This document shows positions 18,607-26,367 of a stretch of 64,000 bases of DNA, in pieces. How positions within the stretch are numbered: position 1 is the stretch's first letter; every line of letters starts with the position of its first letter. The notes under the pieces are model-generated. The model searched no databases. It saw nothing but the letters and a program-made list of their open reading frames with translations, and was not told where the DNA came from. Made by a program: the position numbers and the translations under genes. The DNA lies in contig CAYMZG010000001.1 of the NCBI GenBank assembly GCA_964394925.1, positions 195,656 to 259,655 on the forward strand. Direction: 5' to 3'. Origin of the DNA: an uncultured Candidatus Saccharibacteria bacterium (lineage in GTDB: Bacteria > Patescibacteriota > Saccharimonadia > Saccharimonadales > CAYLGV01).

Positions 18607-19551
18607 CTAGTTATTTTCGGATACTGCGGCTATGCGCCGATCACGATCTTCACGCGTGAAGCTTGCAGTTGGGTTCATGCCAAGCTTTTCACGAGCAAGC
18701 ATTGAGCCAAGGCGTCGGTAGAAAGAAAGTCTAGGCATACGAGATGTACCGCCCTGCATAGTATAAGCATCCATCCATGCAAATTTTGGCGCCCAGACAA
18801 TACCCTTTCTCTTGTTGCCGTTTCCATTGGTCATATGCAAAAATCCTTGCGAAGCCCCCATTGCTGATGCAACATCAACACCTTGTGCAATTGATGGGAG
18901 TGGCGCATCTTCTTCATTTGCTACTGCCATCAATGTACGGCTATCTGCATAGGTCGGTAAATAGGGTAAACAACGTGAAATATCAAGTTTTTGCTCTCTC
19001 ACTTCGTCAATTGGCATATCTTTAGGTAAGCCCATCATGGTACGAAACGTGTGTTTCCCATCTGGATGGAATGATGTAATCTGTCCTGCAAAGCCAACGT
19101 TCATTAGAAAAACCGTAGGAATACCCCGTCGATGTGCTTCGTCTGATATCATTGCACCCAAATCAAGGTGAGTTAATTCAGTCTCATCAAAAATAAGTGT
19201 TGAGCGACTGAGGAAATCTTCAATATTTTCCTCGGTGACCCCATCTGTAAATATCCTTACATCTGCTGCGGGATTAATCTCATGTACCATGTCTCGAAAT
19301 ACTTCCGCTTTATTTCTGCCATAAGTATTCGTAGTTGCACCTGGTACACGATTAACATTTTCTGGTTCAAAAACCTCCGGGTCAGCTACATCAAACGTGC
19401 CTACACCCATACGAGCTAACTTTTGGCCAAGTTGGAACCCATCTCCTCCAACCCCGGCAATGGATACACGTGCTGCCATTATCGCTTGCTGTTCAGATTC
19501 ATTCCAAAAACCGTAGTTTCTTGAGAATTCTGGACTATTAACAGATAACAT
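18607..19551 (-). CDS. ThiF/MoeB/E1-like adenylyltransferase family protein
   Basis: 314 aa. Rossmann motif IAGVGGDGFQLGQKLARMGVGTFDVADPEVFEPENVNR and downstream LIFDETE...GIPTVF match the E1-like nucleotide-binding fold. The C-terminal ~120 aa are unassigned. GAGG SD. Confidence 0.7.
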   Translation of the reverse strand: MLSVNSPEFSRNYGFWNESEQQAIMAARVSIAGVGGDGFQLGQKLARMGVGTFDVADPEVFEPENVNRVPGATTNTYGRNKAEVFRDMVHEINPAADVRIFTDGVTEENIEDFLSRSTLIFDETELTHLDLGAMISDEAHRRGIPTVFLMNVGFAGQITSFHPDGKHTFRTMMGLPKDMPIDEVREQKLDISRCLPYLPTYADSRTLMAVANEEDAPLPSIAQGVDVASAMGASQGFLHMTNGNGNKRKGIVWAPKFAWMDAYTMQGGTSRMPRLSFYRRLGSMLAREKLGMNPTASFTREDRDRRIAAVSENN

Positions 19552-19571
19552 GTTTACCTCAAACTTCCTGA

Positions 19572-20408
19572 TTATGCTGCTCTGTTGCTACCTTTATTAC
19601 TAGGCGCAACATCTTCAACAGTTAAATAACGCATACTTCTCTCGTTTTGAGCAATTTCTTGAAGTGTACCGGGTGAAACAAGCTCAATAAGCTCTCCTAA
19701 TTTATCCGTATCAATTGAGATACCGATGTTTTCAGATGCATATTCTGGTATGTGTTTTAGGTCTGTGACACGCTCGATGGGAACAAGACGCTTTTGCAGA
19801 CGATGCTCCAGAAATGTCTCAATAACACCGAATGTAGGCCTTATGTCATGACTTAAGATGTAAGAGGCTGAGTTAAAGAATAGTGGCCATGTTAAATTAC
19901 CCGCTATTCGTGGTTCTTCATGACGACAGATATAACGTGAGACTTCAGTACTATTTAATGCAACTGGGTTTACGTCAAAAACCTCTGGAAAAAAATCCTC
20001 AATTGGGAGCTTTCGTGCATCTTGCATGGATTTAATAATTAATCGCATACTTGCGACGACACGGCCGTCGCCTTGTTCCACATTTTCAATAATTCCAAAA
20101 TGCACAGACCTAACATCATTTGCATCAGTTTCTGTACCATCAGGGTTTACATGATCCTTGGGAATAAACCCGGCCTGTTCAGCATATACGTTTGCACGAA
20201 GCCTAAGATAGCCTTGGTGTTCTCGTTCCAACCCGGGAAGTACTTCGTTACCTGTTGCCAACATCCCAACTGCGAAACGTGCTTCAGGGTGATCGGCAAA
20301 CAAGTCGGTTTCTATCCTCGGGATAACCGATTCATTCGTTATTGGTTGAGTAGCATTCGACATAATTGATTCTGCCATTACATTATTTACTTTGAATAAA
20401 AAAGACAT
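19572..20408 (-). CDS. GNAT-superfamily acyltransferase of the LuxI/FeeM (autoinducer synthase / N-acyl amino acid synthase) type
   Basis: YLRLRANVYAEQAGFI...DGTETDANDVRSVHFGI...GRVVASMRLII...EVSRYICR follows the pattern of LuxI/FeeM-fold enzymes. The start is uncertain: ATG 20408 is the first AUG after the predicted TSS, and ATG 20378 is the alternative. Confidence 0.5.
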   Translation of the reverse strand: MSFLFKVNNVMAESIMSNATQPITNESVIPRIETDLFADHPEARFAVGMLATGNEVLPGLEREHQGYLRLRANVYAEQAGFIPKDHVNPDGTETDANDVRSVHFGIIENVEQGDGRVVASMRLIIKSMQDARKLPIEDFFPEVFDVNPVALNSTEVSRYICRHEEPRIAGNLTWPLFFNSASYILSHDIRPTFGVIETFLEHRLQKRLVPIERVTDLKHIPEYASENIGISIDTDKLGELIELVSPGTLQEIAQNERSMRYLTVEDVAPSNKGSNRAA

Positions 20409-20476
20409 CGTCACCAACAATCAAGCTGCAGTTGATTGCCAATGACGATGTCTGATCTACTAAAGTACTGTGCAAC

Positions 20477-20505
20477 ATTCTAGCAAATCACCCAGTACTT
20501 GTCAA
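20477..20505 (-). promoter_or_regulatory. near-consensus sigma70 promoter (TTGACA-17 nt-TGcTAGAAT) driving the acyltransferase/E1-like (and possibly kinase) genes
   Basis: On the minus strand, TTGACA is at 20505-20500, followed by a 17-nt spacer and TAGAAT at 20482-20477 preceded by TG. Confidence 0.65.
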
Positions 20506-20535
20506 GATAATTGATCCTCACCGTAAGTAACAAAT

Positions 20536-20563
20536 TTGTAATTAACTAGCTCCGTACTACAAT
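20536..20563 (+). promoter_or_regulatory. candidate promoter (TTGTAA-16 nt-TACAAT) for the REC-only gene array
   Basis: TTGTAA 20536-20541, 16-nt spacer, TACAAT 20558-20563. Divergent from the 20477-20505 promoter. Confidence 0.4.
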
Positions 20564-20606
20564 AACCAGCAAGGAATCACATAACTAGCAGACAAAAAGC
20601 ACAAAT

Positions 20607-20990
20607 ATGAAAAAAATTACCATTGTCGAAGATGATCATGCCATTTCCAGTATGTACAAGTTTAAGTTGGAGAATGCTGGCTTTACGGTGACAACCGCGG
20701 CCGATGGCCGTGAAGGCCTGGAAATTATTGAGCAAGCTCGCCCAGATCTCATCCTGCTTGATCTGCGCATGCCTGTTATGAGCGGCGATATAATGCTTGA
20801 AAAACTACGCGCTAAAGAGTGGGGTAGCGACATTCGCGTGGTGGTGCTCACCAACATCAGCCGTGATGAAGCCCCAGCTAACCTCCGTTTTTTGCATGTA
20901 GATCGCTATATTGTAAAAGCCCATCACACCCCTGCTCAAGTGCTCGATATTGTGCATGAAATTCTAGCCAAGAACACCACAGTACAATAA
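20607..20990 (+). CDS. single-domain response regulator (REC only), copy 1
   Basis: 127 aa with EDD acidic pocket, LILLDLRMP phospho-acceptor Asp, VLTN and YIVKAHHTP Lys. No output domain. Confidence 0.88.
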   Translation: MKKITIVEDDHAISSMYKFKLENAGFTVTTAADGREGLEIIEQARPDLILLDLRMPVMSGDIMLEKLRAKEWGSDIRVVVLTNISRDEAPANLRFLHVDRYIVKAHHTPAQVLDIVHEILAKNTTVQ

Positions 20991-21027
20991 CAGCAACATA
21001 ACCCTGGTCATGAAGCAGATTTACAGG

Positions 21028-21033
21028 CATAAT
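21028..21033 (+). promoter_or_regulatory. -10-like hexamer CATAAT 6 nt upstream of ATG 21040 (leaderless candidate)
   Basis: CATAAT, then aaagct, then ATG. No SD. Confidence 0.35.
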
Positions 21034-21039
21034 AAAGCT

Positions 21040-21429
21040 ATGAAAAAGATCGTACTTGTCGAAGATGACCAAATGCTGGCCGAACTATACCAAACACGTC
21101 TTGAATTGGCGGGTTATACCTGTCTGGTTGCTAATGATGGCTTGTGGGGTTTGTCTCTAATTGAAAAAGAGTTGCCTGACTTGGTGTTACTTGACCTCAT
21201 GCTGCCCAATCTGAGTGGAGACGAAATCCTGCGCGCTATGCGCAGTAGTGACTGGGGCAAAAACATTAAAGCTATTTTCCTGACGAACATCAGTGAATCA
21301 GAGGCCCCCGAAGGTATTCAAGAGCTCGGTTTTGAGCAGTATATTATAAAAGCTAACCTGGTAAATGATCAGCTCGCCGAGATTGTTCGAAACTATGTAA
21401 CGCCTGATTCACAACCGAGTCTGGCCTAG
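21040..21429 (+). CDS. single-domain response regulator (REC only), copy 2
   Basis: Start at ATG 21040 (MKKIVLVEDDQ). LVLLDLMLP, FLTN and YIIKA motifs. Confidence 0.88.
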   Translation: MKKIVLVEDDQMLAELYQTRLELAGYTCLVANDGLWGLSLIEKELPDLVLLDLMLPNLSGDEILRAMRSSDWGKNIKAIFLTNISESEAPEGIQELGFEQYIIKANLVNDQLAEIVRNYVTPDSQPSLA

Positions 21430-21467
21430 GAATATGTGAGCTAATTTGCCTCGAAACCTAAAAGGAG

Positions 21468-21475
21468 TGTAGAAT
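21468..21475 (+). promoter_or_regulatory. extended -10 (TGTAGAAT) 6 nt upstream of ATG 21482 (leaderless candidate)
   Basis: TGTAGAAT, then tctgtt, then ATG. The nearest GGAG is 14 nt away, too far to act as an SD. Confidence 0.4.
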
Positions 21476-21481
21476 TCTGTT

Positions 21482-21850
21482 ATGCCAAAGGTAGCCATCA
21501 TTGAAGACGACCAAGCTATCTCCCAAATGTACCGCATAAAGTTTGAGGCGGAAGGCTTTGAAGTTGAAACCGCCGAAAACGGCCGTTTGGGCCTAGAACT
21601 TGTTGAAAAAATGCGCCCCGACATCATCTTGCTTGACTTGATGATGCCCGAAATGACTGGCGACGAGATGTTGCAAGAACTCCGTACCAAAGACTGGGGC
21701 AAAGACATCACCGTTATTATTTTGACCAACATGGGCGAACAAGAAGCCCCTGCCATCGTACGTCAACTCAACGTGAAACGCTTTATTGTTAAAGCCGAAA
21801 TGACTCCTCGCCAAGTCGCCGAGATGGTCAAAGCTGAACTCGGCGTTTAG
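21482..21850 (+). CDS. single-domain response regulator (REC only), copy 3
   Basis: 122 aa with IIEDD, IILLDLMMP, ILTN and FIVKA motifs. Confidence 0.88.
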   Translation: MPKVAIIEDDQAISQMYRIKFEAEGFEVETAENGRLGLELVEKMRPDIILLDLMMPEMTGDEMLQELRTKDWGKDITVIILTNMGEQEAPAIVRQLNVKRFIVKAEMTPRQVAEMVKAELGV

Positions 21851-21854
21851 CCGG

Positions 21855-22592
21855 CTAGAGAACTTTTAGTAGACGCGTCTTTATGTAGCTACTTTCTTCC
21901 CTTGATACTTCAATCAAGGGCTCAGAGAAAGTAGTCGGTTCTCTATTAAGTATTACCGTCTGGTGAGCTTTGTTGACTCGCAACGAGTTGAATGAAAGCG
22001 TTGCTACTAAGGCTTGCTGTTCAATCGTTGGTCGATGGAAGACATCTGCTTTAATGTGGTGCATGCTGCCTTGTGTGACTGTACGTGGTTTGATTGATGT
22101 CACCTTTACTGGTTTGTTAGAAACGGGTGTAAGGGTTTGACCGACTGTACTTGGAACAATGTAAAAATCGTGGTTCATTTGGTGTGAACCAATTTCAGCC
22201 TGTCCGCCATCTTGCTCGTTTCGTTCAGGGGTTACCAGAATGTCGCTGTATGTGCCCACAATTGCCAGAGATGCAATGTGTCGAATATGGTCATGTGCAA
22301 CTTCTTGCGTAAGTATACGTGATTCGTCGCCAGGCCAAACATGAAGCTCCAAGTATCCTATCCTTTCATGGATACCAATTCTATAATTCATAAAGCCTGT
22401 TGGATCCCAATTACCATGGAAGTCCTCTAGGCTAGGGATAACTTCTGTTGCAAAACGATCCGTAATTGCTGGTAAGACATCGTAGGCATGTGCAAAGAAT
22501 ACTTCCGGATCAGTCAAACCAAAGTCATCATAAAAAGCGGCCTCAGGTCTGCCCAACACGGAAGTACCAAATTTTGCCTCCAATACTGACAT
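21855..22592 (-). CDS. hypothetical protein
   Basis: 245-aa ORF with no antisense competitor. It has His-rich patches (HDHIRH, HQMNHD) but no family is recognised. Confidence 0.55.
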   Translation of the reverse strand: MSVLEAKFGTSVLGRPEAAFYDDFGLTDPEVFFAHAYDVLPAITDRFATEVIPSLEDFHGNWDPTGFMNYRIGIHERIGYLELHVWPGDESRILTQEVAHDHIRHIASLAIVGTYSDILVTPERNEQDGGQAEIGSHQMNHDFYIVPSTVGQTLTPVSNKPVKVTSIKPRTVTQGSMHHIKADVFHRPTIEQQALVATLSFNSLRVNKAHQTVILNREPTTFSEPLIEVSREESSYIKTRLLKVL

Positions 22593-22606
22593 AGTATTGT
22601 TTTATA

Positions 22607-22900
22607 CTAATCTGGTTTTATTTTCAACTGTTTACTTTTTGGTCTTTGTTTTTTACGTTTTTCAAACTCAACAACACATACTGTACCCGCGAATGCCCCT
22701 AATGATAGTGGGATTAGATAAAGCTTGTTATCCACGTAACTTAGTATTCCAATTGCACTAAGAAAATAGATGAAAGAACTTAATGCGCCAGCTCTTAATG
22801 ATTTATGCTTCATGACAGCAAAGGTATATGATGCATAGACAGCATCCAACAACCCTGCCAGACAGAACAAGAGTAAGGCATACCACAGATTAAATTGCAT
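22607..22900 (-). CDS. small integral membrane protein (3 predicted TM helices, basic tail)
   Basis: 97 aa with three hydrophobic segments and a C-terminal KRKKQRPKSKQLKIK. Confidence 0.55.
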   Translation of the reverse strand: MQFNLWYALLLFCLAGLLDAVYASYTFAVMKHKSLRAGALSSFIYFLSAIGILSYVDNKLYLIPLSLGAFAGTVCVVEFEKRKKQRPKSKQLKIKPD

Positions 22901-22940
22901 AACTATTACTATAGCATCAGTTACGCTAGAAGCACTGTGT

Positions 22941-24641
22941 CTAGACTGATTCCATCTTGCCGTCGGGCATCTTTAAAACGTCTGTGATTCCGATTGCGTT
23001 GAGGAAAGATACATCGTGTGAAATTGTAAGTAATGTGCCCTTGTAACCTTGTAGCGCGGTAATCAGCCGTTCTTTATATTTCGGACTCAGGTATGATGTT
23101 GGCTCATCGAGCGCCAGAAAGTTAGCATTTTTTAGCATTAGTGACGCAAATAAAATACGCGTAATGACGTCGTGAGATAAGCTGCTAGTCATAGGTTTTT
23201 CTAGTAGATTTTTATCAACCCCCCAAAAATCGAGCACTTCACTTATCCCAGGTGATTTCTTTGATTTTGCTTCATGCAGAAAATTCCTAAGTGTCAAACT
23301 CCCATCGTTTGGTAATTTTGCATCTGGCCCGTACCACCCAAGCACTACACTTGGCCCCAGCGTGATGGCTTCTGAAGCATCTATTTGATCCGGGGCTACA
23401 CCAAATGCCACCTTCATCAATGTACTTTTACCACTTCCATTCAAGCCTACAGCAGCAACCCGTTGGCCTTTGAATATCTCAAAATCTGGTATATGTATTA
23501 TTTTATCCGGCTGTTTGCGATAGCTGACATTAATGCTGGGCACGCTCAGTACACGCTGGCTACCCTGTTCATCTATTTCAAATATTAAGGATTTGTGCGA
23601 TCGCTCCGCATCTGATAATCGTTTACCAGGCATACGTTCATATGCATCCTGGAGCTTTATCAATTTACTCTCTTGAACATCTTTTCTGCGCGCAAGTGTC
23701 TCGCTATTTTGGGCTGCTTGACGCAACCTCTGTACATCATTTTTTAAATGATCAATCTCATCTCGTACCCGATCAGCGTCAGCAAGCCACTCTTTAATTA
23801 TCCGTTCTCTTTCTCTTGAGAAGGTTTGCATATCACCTCTTATATTTATGAAGTTGCCAATATTGAGTATTTCAACTACTTGTGTTGCGACCTCCTCAGC
23901 AGTAAGCATGTCTGAAGTGGCCAAGACAAGTGCTTGTTTTGTTGCCTTAATGTAACTGATAAGCCAATCCCTTGATGGGACATCAAGGTGAATATCAGGA
24001 TCCTTCAGTAACACAATATCTGACTTGGAGTATAGTGCCCTGCCGAGTGCTAGTTTTATATATTGGCCACTACTCACGTCGGAAATATTGCCATCAATAT
24101 CAATAGGCTGTTCGTTATCTGCGACTATGTTAAGGCCCATCAGTATCTGTTCAATCTCATTTTGAGCACCCCAACCATTATTGTCGTCCATGAGGGCCTG
24201 AAATTTACCGATTTCATCAGCTAGATCTGGATTATCTCCAAGCCCCGCATAGAGCTCCATGAGCTTTTCTTCAACCCCGTCTAGTCCACGAGATGAAAGG
24301 TAGAAATCCTTAATGGTAAGCTGGTCTGGTTCTGCTGATTCTGGTTCTACCAAACTAAATCTTGTCCGATTTGATGCGTGAACCTTGCCCTCAAACCCTT
24401 CCCCGCGAGAAAGTATGCCGTCCACTAATGCGGCACGAGCTTCTGCCATATCACTTACTACAACCACAGCATCTCCTGGCATAATAGTGAGATCGATCGG
24501 CTCGAAATATTCACAAGACAAACCTTCCAAGGCAACTGAGTAATGACCCTGGCCATATCTCTCAGCAAGTGATGCCTCCTGCATGCGTCGACCAACATCC
24601 TCCGGACGGAATTTCTCAGACATACGCCTATTATATTCCAT
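22941..24641 (-). CDS. ABC-F-type tandem ATPase with one degenerate nucleotide-binding site
   Basis: 566 aa: two ABC domains joined by a charged coiled-coil linker and no TM domain. NBD2 has Walker A GLNGSGKST and Walker B FLALDEPT. NBD1 lacks Walker A and has Walker B LLKDPD. Confidence 0.75.
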   Translation of the reverse strand: MEYNRRMSEKFRPEDVGRRMQEASLAERYGQGHYSVALEGLSCEYFEPIDLTIMPGDAVVVVSDMAEARAALVDGILSRGEGFEGKVHASNRTRFSLVEPESAEPDQLTIKDFYLSSRGLDGVEEKLMELYAGLGDNPDLADEIGKFQALMDDNNGWGAQNEIEQILMGLNIVADNEQPIDIDGNISDVSSGQYIKLALGRALYSKSDIVLLKDPDIHLDVPSRDWLISYIKATKQALVLATSDMLTAEEVATQVVEILNIGNFINIRGDMQTFSRERERIIKEWLADADRVRDEIDHLKNDVQRLRQAAQNSETLARRKDVQESKLIKLQDAYERMPGKRLSDAERSHKSLIFEIDEQGSQRVLSVPSINVSYRKQPDKIIHIPDFEIFKGQRVAAVGLNGSGKSTLMKVAFGVAPDQIDASEAITLGPSVVLGWYGPDAKLPNDGSLTLRNFLHEAKSKKSPGISEVLDFWGVDKNLLEKPMTSSLSHDVITRILFASLMLKNANFLALDEPTSYLSPKYKERLITALQGYKGTLLTISHDVSFLNAIGITDVLKMPDGKMESV

Positions 24642-24692
24642 AAATTTACAAATAGCCTACGATGTTTTACTATTTACTTATTTGAGGCCATT

Positions 24693-24914
24693 ATGAGAGA
24701 AGTATTGGATAGCAATGAGAATGAACTGCAGCTTGAAAATATTGCTGCGTTTTTTGAACAAATCGAGCATTTGCCCATAGATGAAATCTTAGCCGGCATC
24801 GAAGGTATCAAACTAGAAGAGGAGCACAGACTAGCTCTAGCGAGTTCGGTGCTTGGTGATAGAGTTGCAATAGATAGATTACTTCGAACGGGAACCAACC
24901 CAAAAGTTTGGTGA
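24693..24914 (+). CDS. small acidic hypothetical protein
   Basis: 73-aa ORF with a GAGG SD 7 nt upstream. Confidence 0.5.
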   Translation: MREVLDSNENELQLENIAAFFEQIEHLPIDEILAGIEGIKLEEEHRLALASSVLGDRVAIDRLLRTGTNPKVW

Positions 24915-24940
24915 ACGTGGATGATTCGCTAGGAAGTAAT

Positions 24941-25882
24941 ATGCGGTTTGCTTGGATGGTTGGTGAGACGGACGAACTTGGATCACAGATTCAAGAAGAA
25001 GCTCGAGAGTTACATAACGCTGCGATGCGAAGCGACACACTAAAACCCAGAGACGGATACCCGCAGCTGGCCACCCCACCAATCATATGGGTGAAACCAC
25101 ATCATAGCTCAGCTATGCCACGTCCTCAAGTGGAAGATGGTGCTGATGAGTTCTATATTTTCCAAACCCCAAAAGCACCAAATGAGGAAGTGATTGATGA
25201 TTACGAGCAAGAGCTTGTCATAAATGGGGAGCTAGTAGATAGACTGGCTAAAATTGGGGTTGAGAGATTAGTATCAATCTTCGAAATTGAAAATGATAGC
25301 ATCGATGAGCTTTCGGCACACTCGGACTACTATGCTCGTCTGCATCTTGAAGGTCATAATCAGGGACATTTTATTGGGCCTTGGCCTCTCGACAGAATCA
25401 AGAAGGATCATGAGTCATATGACTTTATTGAAGAGTTACGAGCATGTTTAGTGGCGGTGGCTATGTTTGATGCTCGCGATGATACAACGCCAAAGATGAC
25501 TCAAGCATTGGCATTACAGGTTTTAGCTACTCGTTTGCTCGTTCATGGCAAAACCGCCTATGATTTGGACAGTGCATCACGTTCAAGACAGCAAGTTAGG
25601 GAAATTATTGTACCGACAATCCTCGTTGAACGAGCTATCCGCGATGAGGCTATTATGCAAACTCCTCATGGCTTCAGAATATACAGCGATCGTCTTGTTG
25701 CAAGCATGCTTACATTCCTCGGTGAAATTCATGAGAACGAAACTAGAGCACGTGACTTAATGAGCAATAAACGTTTGCATGAATTCACCACGACAATTCT
25801 AAAGCAAAGTTTTCCTTCGGGCGACTACAGCCCACATATTAAATTCTTGCTTGAAAACGCTGATACTAGAACATATAATTAG
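24941..25882 (+). CDS. hypothetical protein
   Basis: Start preferred at ATG 24941 (AGGAAG SD). The ORF-track TTG at 24908 is also possible. No family recognised. Confidence 0.55.
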   Translation: MRFAWMVGETDELGSQIQEEARELHNAAMRSDTLKPRDGYPQLATPPIIWVKPHHSSAMPRPQVEDGADEFYIFQTPKAPNEEVIDDYEQELVINGELVDRLAKIGVERLVSIFEIENDSIDELSAHSDYYARLHLEGHNQGHFIGPWPLDRIKKDHESYDFIEELRACLVAVAMFDARDDTTPKMTQALALQVLATRLLVHGKTAYDLDSASRSRQQVREIIVPTILVERAIRDEAIMQTPHGFRIYSDRLVASMLTFLGEIHENETRARDLMSNKRLHEFTTTILKQSFPSGDYSPHIKFLLENADTRTYN

Positions 25883-25904
25883 GTTACAAATAAGGAGGAG
25901 TGTT

Positions 25905-26144
25905 ATGGGTACGGAAAAACTAGGGGATCTGACGCCGTTTACAGACGCCGAACTAGGAAGCACACCGCAACTTTCGCGTGGCAACCTGCTTGGTGGTGCC
26001 GCTCTTGAGGCGACAAAATCTTCAGATGAAAGTCTTGAGGGGTTGACGCCGTTTACAGACGCCGAACTAGGAAGCACACCGCAACTTTCGCGTGGCAACC
26101 TGCTTGGTGGTGCCGCTCTTGAGGCGACAACTGATCAAGAATAG
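25905..26144 (+). CDS. 79-aa protein made of two 38-residue units
   Basis: Strong AAGGAGGAG SD before ATG 25905. Sequence: MGTEKLGD-[LTPFTDAELGSTPQLSRGNLLGGAALEAT]-KSSDESLEG-[same 29 aa]-TDQE. Confidence 0.6.
   Translation: MGTEKLGDLTPFTDAELGSTPQLSRGNLLGGAALEATKSSDESLEGLTPFTDAELGSTPQLSRGNLLGGAALEATTDQE
25930..26130 (+). repeat. perfect 87-nt direct repeat (25930-26016 and 26044-26130) separated by 27 nt; period 114 nt
   Basis: Base-by-base comparison shows identity over 87 nt. The flanks diverge immediately on both sides. Confidence 0.9.
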
Positions 26145-26351
26145 TTCTAGATCTAGCCTTGATTACAGTAAGTCATTCGCTACCAGTTATTAAGCAGTTC
26201 TGGATGGCCTTGTTTGGCATGTACGTATACTGGTGTTAGTTACTGCCTGATTAAGATGCCTTTGAAGAAGAAGCCTGCTGACGACTATGGTCGTATAGTG
26301 ACCACGCCCATTTTGCTGAGTAATTACGTTTATCGTTTAGTTGTTCCAACC

Positions 26352-26360
26352 TGTTAAAAT
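26352..26360 (+). promoter_or_regulatory. extended -10 (TGtTAAAAT) 7 nt upstream of ATG 26368 (leaderless candidate)
   Basis: TGTTAAAAT, then agacctc, then ATG. No SD. Confidence 0.45.
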
Positions 26361-26367
26361 AGACCTC

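Noticed and set aside
18607-20420. Microcin C-like (MccB E1-like adenylating enzyme plus MccE GNAT) peptide-nucleotide antibiotic cluster
   Set aside because: The E1-like protein has no N-terminal peptide-clamp extension. No tiny Asn-terminated precursor ORF with an SD was found in 20421-20606; the only small frame, 30 codons, starts inside the -10 element. The GNAT looks LuxI/FeeM-like rather than MccE-like. This remains an untested alternative.
20417-20437. Inverted repeat CAATCAA-GCTGCAG-TTGATTG in the 5' region of the acyltransferase transcript
   Set aside because: It has only a 7-bp stem and overlaps the uncertain start region. It could be an operator or an mRNA hairpin, but there is no further support, so it is not reported as a feature.
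25930-26130. The 87-nt direct repeat as a CRISPR array or a DGR template/variable repeat pair
   Set aside because: There are only two copies, both inside one small coding frame with a 114-nt (38-codon) period. There are no cas genes and no reverse transcriptase. The copies are identical rather than differing at adenines.
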